From Bacilli bacterium (GTDB lineage: Bacteria > Bacillota_I > Bacilli_A > RFN20 > UBA1709), in NCBI GenBank assembly GCA_045600465.1, contig JAZRXY010000028.1, forward strand, positions 55,577-119,576: a stretch of DNA of 64,000 nucleotides. The letters run 5' to 3'. Positions 8,254 to 16,315 of the stretch are shown one piece after another. The notes under the pieces are model-generated. The model was not told the DNA's origin. It did not search any database and worked only from the letters and a program-made list of their open reading frames with translations. How positions within the stretch are numbered: the first letter of the stretch is position 1; every line of letters begins with the position of its first letter. The translations under genes and the position numbers were made by a program.

Positions 8254-9057
8254 TTATAGTTTTGTAAATTTCATGCTTAGAAACATTGGGATCTCACTTT
8301 TAGCCAGTTCAATTGCTTCACTTTTGATGCCTTTTTGTTCTTTTTTGTTACTGGCAAGTTCTTGTATTTCTTCTAAATATAAGCCATATTTACTTGCGCT
8401 ATTGATGTAGGCATTAATAGGGCGGTGATAGTGATAAGTGATTTCTGAATTAGCTTTATTGCTAGGCTTAGATAATATTTCAATAGTTTCACTATTTAAG
8501 TATTTCCACATAATGCGTTCTTGGCGATGTTTTTCATCATTAAACTGCCAATTAGAGTATTGAGGAATTCTAAAGCAAGGATGCATCATTACGATGATTA
8601 AAGATCCACCTTTTTTAAGTAGTTTAGAGACGGCTTTAAACAAAGGTGATAAAGGATTAATGTTTTGAATTGCTAAAACGACAGTAGCGTAATCATAATA
8701 TTCACTTTTTAAATCAAGCTTTAGATTACCATTTTGAGACAAAAGTTTAGTAACATCAGCAGTAATGTAACTTGGTTCATTATCATTATTAAGTTTCCTT
8801 TTTTTTGCCATTCTTACTAGTGCTGGTGCAATGTCAATTCCTGTTACTTTTGCACCTAGATTAGATAGTTGACGACATAAAACTCCTTGACCACAAGCTA
8901 GATCAATCACAGTTTTACCAGCAATCTTTTTATCTCCTAATGATTTTATTAAACTAGGGAATATTACATTTTGATGATATTCACTTCCGGTTTCTCCCAC
9001 TAAAGAATCATACCATTTAGCAACCTTATTCCATGCAAGGCTTTCATTTTTGTCCAT
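8254..9057 (-). CDS. class I SAM-dependent methyltransferase
   Basis: Motif I VIDLACGQG; 267 aa. Confidence 0.8.
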   Translation of the reverse strand: MDKNESLAWNKVAKWYDSLVGETGSEYHQNVIFPSLIKSLGDKKIAGKTVIDLACGQGVLCRQLSNLGAKVTGIDIAPALVRMAKKRKLNNDNEPSYITADVTKLLSQNGNLKLDLKSEYYDYATVVLAIQNINPLSPLFKAVSKLLKKGGSLIIVMMHPCFRIPQYSNWQFNDEKHRQERIMWKYLNSETIEILSKPSNKANSEITYHYHRPINAYINSASKYGLYLEEIQELASNKKEQKGIKSEAIELAKSEIPMFLSMKFTKL

Positions 9058-9154
9058 TTTACCACCTCAAACGCTTAATTATTATACAATAATTAAATCA
9101 AAACTACCATATTATTCATAGATGTGTTAAAATATTTCAGCGGGGCGTGATACT

Positions 9155-10843
9155 ATGAAATTAAAAAATAATTTTTTTAACACATTCAGAGAAGATGTAA
9201 AAGATGAAGATTCAGTTAGTGGTAATTTACTTACTAGAGCTGGCATGATCAAAAAGACTAGTGCTGGTGTTTACATGTACTTACCGCTAGGATATCGCGT
9301 CTATAATAACATTTGTAATATTGTAAGAGATGAAATGGTTAAGGCAGGGAGCCAAGAGGTTTTAATGCCAGCTTTAATTAGTGAAGATGTTTACGTTTCA
9401 AGTGGTAGAAGAGAAGGTTTTGGCCACGATATGTTTACATTTCACGATAGATTTGATAAGCCATATGCATTAGGGCCAACTCATGAAGAGTTGTTTGTTA
9501 ATGCTGCAAAAATGTATGTTAAATCATATAAAGATTTACCGTTTAACATTTTCCAAATTCAAATAAAATTCAGAGATGAACCTCGACCAAGATATGGTCT
9601 TATTAGAGTAAGAGAGTTTGCAATGAAAGATGCTTATTCATTTGATGCAACTATGGAAGGCTTAGATGAGTCTTACAAGAAGATGTTTGATGCTTATAAG
9701 AACACCTTTGATAGAGTAGGACTAAACTATGCAATTGTTAGAGCAGATACTGGAGTTATGGGTGGACTACTAAGTGAAGAGTTCCAAGCAATTTCTCCAA
9801 TTGGAGAAGATACAATTGTTCAATGTGATAGTTGTGATTTATCAGCCAACTTAGAAATTGCTGAAGTAGTTGAAATAGTAGATCAAAAAGAAGCACATAA
9901 AGAAAAAGAACTAGTTAATACACCAAATGCTGGAAGTATTGAAGAAGTTAGTGCTTTCTTAAATGAAAAAGCTGATAAGTTTGTTAAGACGATGATTTAT
10001 ATGATTGATAACAAACCATACGCTATTTGTTTACCTGGAAATAGAGAAGTCAATGAAAACAAAGTTAAAAAACTTGTTGGTGGCTTAGAAATTGAATTAG
10101 CTGATTTTGATACAGTAAGCAAAGTAACAAATGCTAAAGTTGGTTTTGCGGGTCCTATTGGATTAAGTATTCCAGTAATTATGGATAGAAATATTAAACA
10201 CATGGCTAACTTTATTGTCGGCGCTAACAAATCTGATTATCACTATAAAAATGTTAATATCGAAGATTTCAAAGCTGATTATGTTGGCGATATCACTTGC
10301 ATTAAAGAGGGAGATATCTGCCCAAAATGTGGTGGAAAAATTGTCTTTAAAAAAGGTATCGAAGTTGGTAATACTTTCAAACTAGGAACTAAATATTCAA
10401 AAGCACTAGGACTTCAATATCTAAATAACGAAGGTAAATTACAAGATGTTATCATGGGAAGTTATGGCATTGGTATTGGTAGAACAATGGCTGCAGCTGT
10501 TGAACAATTCCATGATGAAAAAGGTATTATTTGGCCAATGTCAATTGCACCTTTCAAAGTAGCAATTGTTATTATCAACATTAAAGATGAAGAACAAGTT
10601 AAGATTGCTAATAAGATTTATGATGATTTAATGGCTAAAGGAATTGAACCACTTCTAGATGATAGAGATGAAAGAGCAGGAGTTAAGTTCAATGATATGG
10701 ACTTAGTAGGAATTCCTCTAAGAATTACTGTAGGTAAGGGCATTAAAGAAGGCGTAGTTGAATTCAAACATCGTAGCGATAGTGAAGCAACTAATATCAA
10801 GATTGAAGAAATTGTAAATCTTGTTGAACAAGAAACAAAATAA
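9155..10843 (+). CDS. proS: proline--tRNA ligase (bacterial type with an inserted editing domain)
   Basis: 562 aa with class II motifs and the conserved N-terminus (RAGMIKKTSAGVYMYLPLG, FRDEPRPRYGLIRVREF). Confidence 0.95.
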   Translation: MKLKNNFFNTFREDVKDEDSVSGNLLTRAGMIKKTSAGVYMYLPLGYRVYNNICNIVRDEMVKAGSQEVLMPALISEDVYVSSGRREGFGHDMFTFHDRFDKPYALGPTHEELFVNAAKMYVKSYKDLPFNIFQIQIKFRDEPRPRYGLIRVREFAMKDAYSFDATMEGLDESYKKMFDAYKNTFDRVGLNYAIVRADTGVMGGLLSEEFQAISPIGEDTIVQCDSCDLSANLEIAEVVEIVDQKEAHKEKELVNTPNAGSIEEVSAFLNEKADKFVKTMIYMIDNKPYAICLPGNREVNENKVKKLVGGLEIELADFDTVSKVTNAKVGFAGPIGLSIPVIMDRNIKHMANFIVGANKSDYHYKNVNIEDFKADYVGDITCIKEGDICPKCGGKIVFKKGIEVGNTFKLGTKYSKALGLQYLNNEGKLQDVIMGSYGIGIGRTMAAAVEQFHDEKGIIWPMSIAPFKVAIVIINIKDEEQVKIANKIYDDLMAKGIEPLLDDRDERAGVKFNDMDLVGIPLRITVGKGIKEGVVEFKHRSDSEATNIKIEEIVNLVEQETK

Positions 10844-10853
10844 AGGAGTTAAC

Positions 10854-12494
10854 ATGGCAACAAAGGGAAAAAATAAGAATATAAAAAGATATTTTTTATA
10901 TGTAACAGGTTTTTTCTGTGGCATGTCGATTATGGCTATTGAACTTGGAGCATCAAGACTAATGGCTCCATATTATTCTTCCTCTCAAATTATCTACACT
11001 ATTATTATCGGAACTGTCATGATTGCAATGGCATTTGGTAGTATATTAGGTGGGAAGATGGCTGATAAATATGAAGCACCAGATAAGCTATTTATGTGGA
11101 TTTTTATTGCGGCTTGCTGGACGTGTTTAATTCCACTTGTTGGTAAATATATTATTGCAGGAGTTGCTTTAGTTTTAGCGGCAAGTCCACTTGCGAATAA
11201 CTTTCTTGTTATTGCAGCATTTTTATCTTGCATAATTGTCTTTGTCCCACCGCTATTAGTTATGGGTATGGTAACACCTAATCTTATAAAATATGCAGTT
11301 GGAAATTTAGAAAATAATGGTAGAGTTGTTGGAACAATTGAAGCATTAAATACAATAGGTTCTATTATTGGAACTTTTATTCCTACTTTTGTTACAATTC
11401 CTTTTATTGGAACTAGTTGGACCTTTCTAATTTATAGCTTTATTCTTTTTGGAATTTGTTTATTTTACTTTTTCAAAAAACATCAAAAAAGATTATTATA
11501 TTCATTTATTTGTTTAATTGTTATAGCAGCAGGCATTTTGGGTTCAAGTTTTGGCAATATTGCTTTTTTTGCTTCAAATACAGTTTATGAAGGTGAATCT
11601 ATTTATAATTACTTAAGAGTTGAAAAAAATAGTGAACAAACAATTTTATCAACCAATGTTTTATTTGGTGTTCAATCACTAAAAAATAATAAAGATGGTT
11701 TAACAGGAATGTATTATGATTATGCTTTAGCTGCTAATTTAATGGCAGATAAGGGCAATGATGGAATACTTGATATTTTAATACTTGGTTTAGGGACTGG
11801 AACTTATGCTTATCAAAGCAATTTATATGTTGGGGACTGTGTTTTTGATGGTGTAGAGATTGATCAAAAAATAGTCGATTTAGCATATGAATATTTTGAC
11901 TTACCTAGTAACGTTAATGTTTTTGTGCAAGATGGTCGAATTTATTTAGATAATTGTGACAAAAAATATGATGTAATTCTTGTTGATGCTTATCAAGATA
12001 TTACAATTCCATTCCATATGTCTAGTATTGAATTTTTTAGTAAAGTAAAAGATCATTTAAACCCAAAAGGAGTTATGGTTGTTAATATGAATATGTATAC
12101 TTCCAACGAGGGTGGAATTAATGATTATTTATCAGGTACAATTTCCCATGTTTTTAATAATATATATGGCGCGAATTGTTATAGCAATAGCAATTATGAA
12201 TTATTTGCATGTAATGATTTTGATCTAAAAGATAAATTATCAAAAACAATAGAAAACAAAGAAATAACAAACCATCAATTACTTACTATGATGAAAGAGG
12301 TTGAAAGAAAGTTAGAAAAGGTTACTAACAAAGAACAATATGTACTAACAGATAATATTGCTCCTGTTGAAATCTTAGGTATGAATGTTTTAGATGATAT
12401 GATTTTTGAAGAAATAAATTATTATAAAAGTAAAATTAAAGGTCTTTCATTAAAAGAAATTGTTGAGATGTTAAGTAGAGGGGAATTATTCTAA
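10854..12494 (+). CDS. fused polytopic membrane domain plus spermidine-synthase-like methyltransferase-fold protein
   Basis: The ATG at 10854 has a GGAG SD; the track TTG at 10821 is less likely. Eight or so TM segments, then ILILGLGTGT...VILVDAYQD. Confidence 0.7.
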   Translation: MATKGKNKNIKRYFLYVTGFFCGMSIMAIELGASRLMAPYYSSSQIIYTIIIGTVMIAMAFGSILGGKMADKYEAPDKLFMWIFIAACWTCLIPLVGKYIIAGVALVLAASPLANNFLVIAAFLSCIIVFVPPLLVMGMVTPNLIKYAVGNLENNGRVVGTIEALNTIGSIIGTFIPTFVTIPFIGTSWTFLIYSFILFGICLFYFFKKHQKRLLYSFICLIVIAAGILGSSFGNIAFFASNTVYEGESIYNYLRVEKNSEQTILSTNVLFGVQSLKNNKDGLTGMYYDYALAANLMADKGNDGILDILILGLGTGTYAYQSNLYVGDCVFDGVEIDQKIVDLAYEYFDLPSNVNVFVQDGRIYLDNCDKKYDVILVDAYQDITIPFHMSSIEFFSKVKDHLNPKGVMVVNMNMYTSNEGGINDYLSGTISHVFNNIYGANCYSNSNYELFACNDFDLKDKLSKTIENKEITNHQLLTMMKEVERKLEKVTNKEQYVLTDNIAPVEILGMNVLDDMIFEEINYYKSKIKGLSLKEIVEMLSRGELF

Positions 12495-12510
12495 CTTATT
12501 TGCAACAAAC

Positions 12511-12535
12511 AAAAAAGAGGCATTGCCTCTTTTTA
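12511..12535. terminator. bidirectional intrinsic terminator
   Basis: AAAAAAGAGGC-att-GCCTCTTTTT. Confidence 0.75.
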
Positions 12536-12540
12536 ACATT

Positions 12541-12654
12541 TTATCCTGGTAAATTAACACTTGGTAATAAATCACCAAAGAATAGCATAAATATACATGC
12601 AGCGAATACAAGTATGAATAGTATCAAACCTTTAATGTTTGTTTTTTTGTTCAT
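12541..12654 (-). CDS. small hypothetical membrane peptide (37 aa) MNKKTNIKGLILFILVFAACIFMLFFGDLLPSVNLPG
   Basis: GAAGAGG SD about 10 nt before the ATG at 12654. One TM segment. It ends at the bidirectional terminator. Confidence 0.35.
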   Translation of the reverse strand: MNKKTNIKGLILFILVFAACIFMLFFGDLLPSVNLPG

Positions 12655-12722
12655 AATAATCAACCTCTTCGTCTATGCTTTTATTATAAAGGATAGGATA
12701 AAGACATAGCAAGTGAAAAATC

Positions 12723-12740
12723 TTTATCACTAGTGATAAA
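12723..12740. promoter_or_regulatory. perfect 18-bp palindrome TTTATCACTAGTGATAAA over the -35/spacer of the next promoter
   Basis: Self-complementary. It is followed by an extended -10 TGcTATCAT (12743-12751). Confidence 0.4.
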
Positions 12741-12777
12741 TGTGCTATCATAATAATTGAAGAAAGAGGAAGCAGCT

Positions 12778-13257
12778 ATGTACGAAGAATATATTGAACA
12801 AAATAAGAAAGAAATAAGTGCAATCATCCAAGAGATGAGTGATGATTTTAAGGAACATAAACAAGACTACTTCTTTAGAGAAAGAATCTCACAAGAAGGA
12901 GATGTTGCTGTTGACAAGGCCAAAAAAGGTAGTGCTCCAAGATATGGAGTTAAAGTAACTCAAGATTGTGAGAACTTTATTTATGGTTACATTAGAGTAT
13001 TAAAAGGGATTATTTATAAAAAGAATCCTGATGATGATGACCGTGATTCAGAAGCAATTGCAAAAGATATTATGTGCACTTATATCTTAAAAGAAGTATA
13101 TAAAAATATTGATATGCCATACAATTCTAGATATCAAGAACTTATCAATCGTCGTGAAAGATATACAAAGATAAAAGTTATTGGTATTCTTGGCTTTATC
13201 ATTTGTATCATCATTGTTATTATTTGCGCAATAGTAACTGGTGGAAATGCAGCGTAA
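12778..13257 (+). CDS. hypothetical tail-anchored membrane protein
   Basis: The ATG at 12778 has a GAGGAAG SD. Single C-terminal TM (IKVIGILGFIICIIIVIICAIV). Confidence 0.6.
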   Translation: MYEEYIEQNKKEISAIIQEMSDDFKEHKQDYFFRERISQEGDVAVDKAKKGSAPRYGVKVTQDCENFIYGYIRVLKGIIYKKNPDDDDRDSEAIAKDIMCTYILKEVYKNIDMPYNSRYQELINRRERYTKIKVIGILGFIICIIIVIICAIVTGGNAA

Positions 13258-13318
13258 CAGTTAACTTTTGTAATAAAAAGTAGTAAAATATTTTTGAAAC
13301 CATGTGGAGGTAATTAAA

Positions 13319-13894
13319 ATGGCAAAAAAATTTATTGTAGAAACATCAGCAAGACATGCTCACATTAGTGAAGCAGATCTAGAAACACTTTTTGGAAAAG
13401 GATACAAACTAACTCCAAAGAAAGACTTATCACAACCTGGTCAATTCGCTTGTGAAGAAAAAATTACAGTTAAAGGACCTAAGGGTGAAATTAAAATGTC
13501 AATCTTAGGACCAACAAGAAAAGAAACACAAGTTGAAATCTCATTATCAGATGCTCGTTCACTAGGATTTGATGCTCCAATCAGAGAATCAGGAGACCTA
13601 GCAAATTCAGCACCATGTGAAATCGTTGGGCCAAAAGGTAGCGCAAAATTAGATAAAGGCGTTATCGTTGCAAAACGTCATATTCACGCAACACCTAAGG
13701 ATGCAGAAGAATTAGGAGTTAAAGATAAGGATATCGTTTGGGTCAAAGTTGAAAGCAATGGCAGAACATTAATCTTTGGTGATGTTGTTGCAAGAGTTAA
13801 TCCAAGCTATGCATTAGCAATGCACGTTGATACAGACGAAGCAAATGCTGGAGCATTCAAGGGCGAAGTTTACGGCGAAATCGTTAAACTATAA
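13319..13894 (+). CDS. pduL: phosphate propanoyl/acetyl-transferase, PduL family
   Basis: ETSARHAHIS and AKRHIHATP repeats are typical of PduL. The ATG at 13319 follows a GGAGG SD. Confidence 0.85.
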   Translation: MAKKFIVETSARHAHISEADLETLFGKGYKLTPKKDLSQPGQFACEEKITVKGPKGEIKMSILGPTRKETQVEISLSDARSLGFDAPIRESGDLANSAPCEIVGPKGSAKLDKGVIVAKRHIHATPKDAEELGVKDKDIVWVKVESNGRTLIFGDVVARVNPSYALAMHVDTDEANAGAFKGEVYGEIVKL

Positions 13895-13907
13895 TATTAA
13901 AGAATTA

Positions 13908-13932
13908 GGGTGGGTAACCACCCTTTTATTTT
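13908..13932 (+). terminator. intrinsic terminator
   Basis: GGGTGG-gtaa-CCACCC followed by TTTTATTTT. Confidence 0.8.
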
Positions 13933-13977
13933 GCTTGCAATTAAGTTAAAATGTAACAGTAAGAGGGCGATGGATTT

Positions 13978-14700
13978 ATGGATAATGAGTTTATTGAAAA
14001 TATAATAGTGGGAGCAAATGATGTAGATGAATTTAAACAAATGAAATATTCATCAATTTTTACTGCTATTGAACATGCTTCAAGTGACCACGTAGATACT
14101 ATTGGACAAGGTGGCAAAGATTTACTTGCAAGAGGATTAGTTTGGGTAGTAGCAAGAGCTAATGTAGTAATGAAAAGATTACCTTTAGTAAATGAAAAAC
14201 TCACAATCAAAACTTGGCCAGGAAACAATATGAAATTCATCTATCCTAGATATACATTAATCTTAGATGAAAAAGGTAATGAAATTGGTAAGGCTAATGT
14301 ATTATGGTCTATCATTGATTTAAAAAATAGAAGAATTGTTATGAATCCTAGTAAATTAGTTAATTACTTCAAAGTAGAAAATAAAGTAGAAAAGTTAATA
14401 GAAGATCCAATTGGTTTAAAGTTTAATGAATTAAAAAATCATAAACTTATCAAAGTTTGTGATAGTGATATTGATTTAAATGGACATGTTAATAATGCAA
14501 AATATCTTGATTGGATTTATAATGTTATTGAAAAGGATTATTTGAAAAATCACTTTACCAAAAATGTTATAATTAATTATCAACATGAAATTGGTTTAGA
14601 AGATAACGTTGATTTAAGTTATGAAATTAATGATGGTAATTTATGTGTTAGTGGGATGGTAAATAACATTATTTGTTTCAATGCATTAATAAAGTTTTAG
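13978..14700 (+). CDS. acyl-ACP thioesterase (FatA/B-like)
   Basis: 240 aa, double hot-dog pattern (LVWVVARANVVMKRLPLVNEKLTIKTWP, DIDLNGHVNNAKYLDW). Confidence 0.8.
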   Translation: MDNEFIENIIVGANDVDEFKQMKYSSIFTAIEHASSDHVDTIGQGGKDLLARGLVWVVARANVVMKRLPLVNEKLTIKTWPGNNMKFIYPRYTLILDEKGNEIGKANVLWSIIDLKNRRIVMNPSKLVNYFKVENKVEKLIEDPIGLKFNELKNHKLIKVCDSDIDLNGHVNNAKYLDWIYNVIEKDYLKNHFTKNVIINYQHEIGLEDNVDLSYEINDGNLCVSGMVNNIICFNALIKF

Positions 14701-14712
14701 GAGGAAGAAGTT

Positions 14713-15348
14713 ATGACTGACGAAATCAAACAAAATAACATAGATGAACAAGGTCAACCAATGTTTGAAGGGGAAAGAAAAGAGAAGAGATTTATCTATG
14801 CCTCAACTGGAAGAAGACTTGTCGCAGCATTGATCGATTTAATTATTTTCTTGGGCTTATCATATTTAATGAACTTATGGGTAGACCCAATGGTTTCAGG
14901 TTGGTTTGAAGCCGAAAAGAAAGTGTTATATTTTGCAACACTTATTAGTAGTTTACCAATTGCAATACTAGTTTATTTTGTTCCAAGTTTGTTCTTTAAA
15001 GATGGTAGAACATTGGGCAAGAAATTAATGAAACTAAAACTTATTAGAAGAGATGGTGGAGAAGCAACATCAATGTATGTTTTTGTTAGAACCATTTTGG
15101 GTTTTTATGCTATTGAATATTTCACTAGTGTTTTCTTTACAGTTCAAATTCCTATCATCTTATTTATTTCTGCACTATTAACTATTGTTGATAAATATCA
15201 TAGGGCATTTCATGATTTCTTTGCAGGAACATTAGTTGTTGAAGAAAAGCAAGAAGATTACACAATCGTAAAATACATGCCAGGTAAAAAAGTTGATAAT
15301 GAATTCGGCGATGATGAAAATAAAGCAGCCGAAGTACATAGAAGATAG
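14713..15348 (+). CDS. RDD family membrane protein
   Basis: GRRLVAALIDLIIF...DGRTLGKKLMKLKLIRRDG. Confidence 0.75.
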   Translation: MTDEIKQNNIDEQGQPMFEGERKEKRFIYASTGRRLVAALIDLIIFLGLSYLMNLWVDPMVSGWFEAEKKVLYFATLISSLPIAILVYFVPSLFFKDGRTLGKKLMKLKLIRRDGGEATSMYVFVRTILGFYAIEYFTSVFFTVQIPIILFISALLTIVDKYHRAFHDFFAGTLVVEEKQEDYTIVKYMPGKKVDNEFGDDENKAAEVHRR

Positions 15349-15351
15349 TAT

Positions 15352-16257
15352 ATGGTTATAGCGATAATTGTTTTAGCAGTTTTATTATTTTTGATAATTT
15401 CAAGCATTATCGCTTTTAATTTGATTTTTATTCCTAAACAAAAAAGAAAATACTTTGATGAAGATTATTTAAAAGATCGATTTATTTCAGGTAATTTTGT
15501 AGAAGTAAAAAAGTGGCTAGATAAAGTTAAAATAGAAGAAGTAACAATTTCTTCTTTTGATCATAAAAAACTATATGGGAGAATTTTTATTAATAAAAAC
15601 GCTAAAATAAATGTTATCTTAATTCACGGTTATACTTCAGTTAGTTCTAGGATGTTTGAACTTGCTAAATATTATTATGAGGAATTCAAAGCAGAAGTGA
15701 TTGTTGTTGATTTAAGAGGTCATGGGAAAAGTGAACCAAAGTACGTAAGTTTTGGTTGTTTGGAAGGGAAGGATAGTGATTCTTGGATTAAATATATTGA
15801 AACAAGAAATAATTTACCAATTGTAGTTCATGGACTATCAATGGGCTCAACTGGATTGCTACATGTTAGTGACATTAAATATGATAACGAAGTAATCCTT
15901 ATTGATGATAGTGGATTTAATAGTGCATTTAGCGAATTATGTTATGCTTCAATTAATAAAATAAAAGTTCCAGCAATTGCTTTAATTTATCCTTTCTTAT
16001 CATTAATTGCTAAGTTTAAATTAGGGGTATTTTTAAGTGAGTCAAACGCTTTAAAGCATGTTAAAAATTCACTTCATCCAATCTTATTTGTTCATGGAAC
16101 AAAAGATAGTGTTACAAGTCCTAAGGATACAATAAGGTTATATAATGCATGCCCTAGTAAAAAAGACATCCTATTAGTTAGCGATGCAACACATACATTA
16201 GCTTATAAAAAAGCAACAAAAAAATACCAAGATGGTATCAAAAAAATATTGAAATAA
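15352..16257 (+). CDS. membrane-anchored alpha/beta hydrolase
   Basis: N-terminal TM, then HG..S and the nucleophile elbow GLSMGS. Confidence 0.75.
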   Translation: MVIAIIVLAVLLFLIISSIIAFNLIFIPKQKRKYFDEDYLKDRFISGNFVEVKKWLDKVKIEEVTISSFDHKKLYGRIFINKNAKINVILIHGYTSVSSRMFELAKYYYEEFKAEVIVVDLRGHGKSEPKYVSFGCLEGKDSDSWIKYIETRNNLPIVVHGLSMGSTGLLHVSDIKYDNEVILIDDSGFNSAFSELCYASINKIKVPAIALIYPFLSLIAKFKLGVFLSESNALKHVKNSLHPILFVHGTKDSVTSPKDTIRLYNACPSKKDILLVSDATHTLAYKKATKKYQDGIKKILK

Positions 16258-16280
16258 AAGGATTGTAAATCCTTTTTTTT
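16257..16280 (+). terminator. intrinsic terminator
   Basis: AAAGGATT-gtaa-AATCCTTT followed by a T-run. Confidence 0.8.
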
Positions 16281-16315
16281 ATGATAAAATAAAATTGTTT
16301 TAAGGGGTAGTAAAA

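Noticed and set aside
12500-12709. Track ORF of 69 aa on the plus strand.
   Set aside because: It starts inside a bidirectional terminator, has no SD and has an odd composition. The opposite strand holds a better small ORF with an SD (12541-12654).
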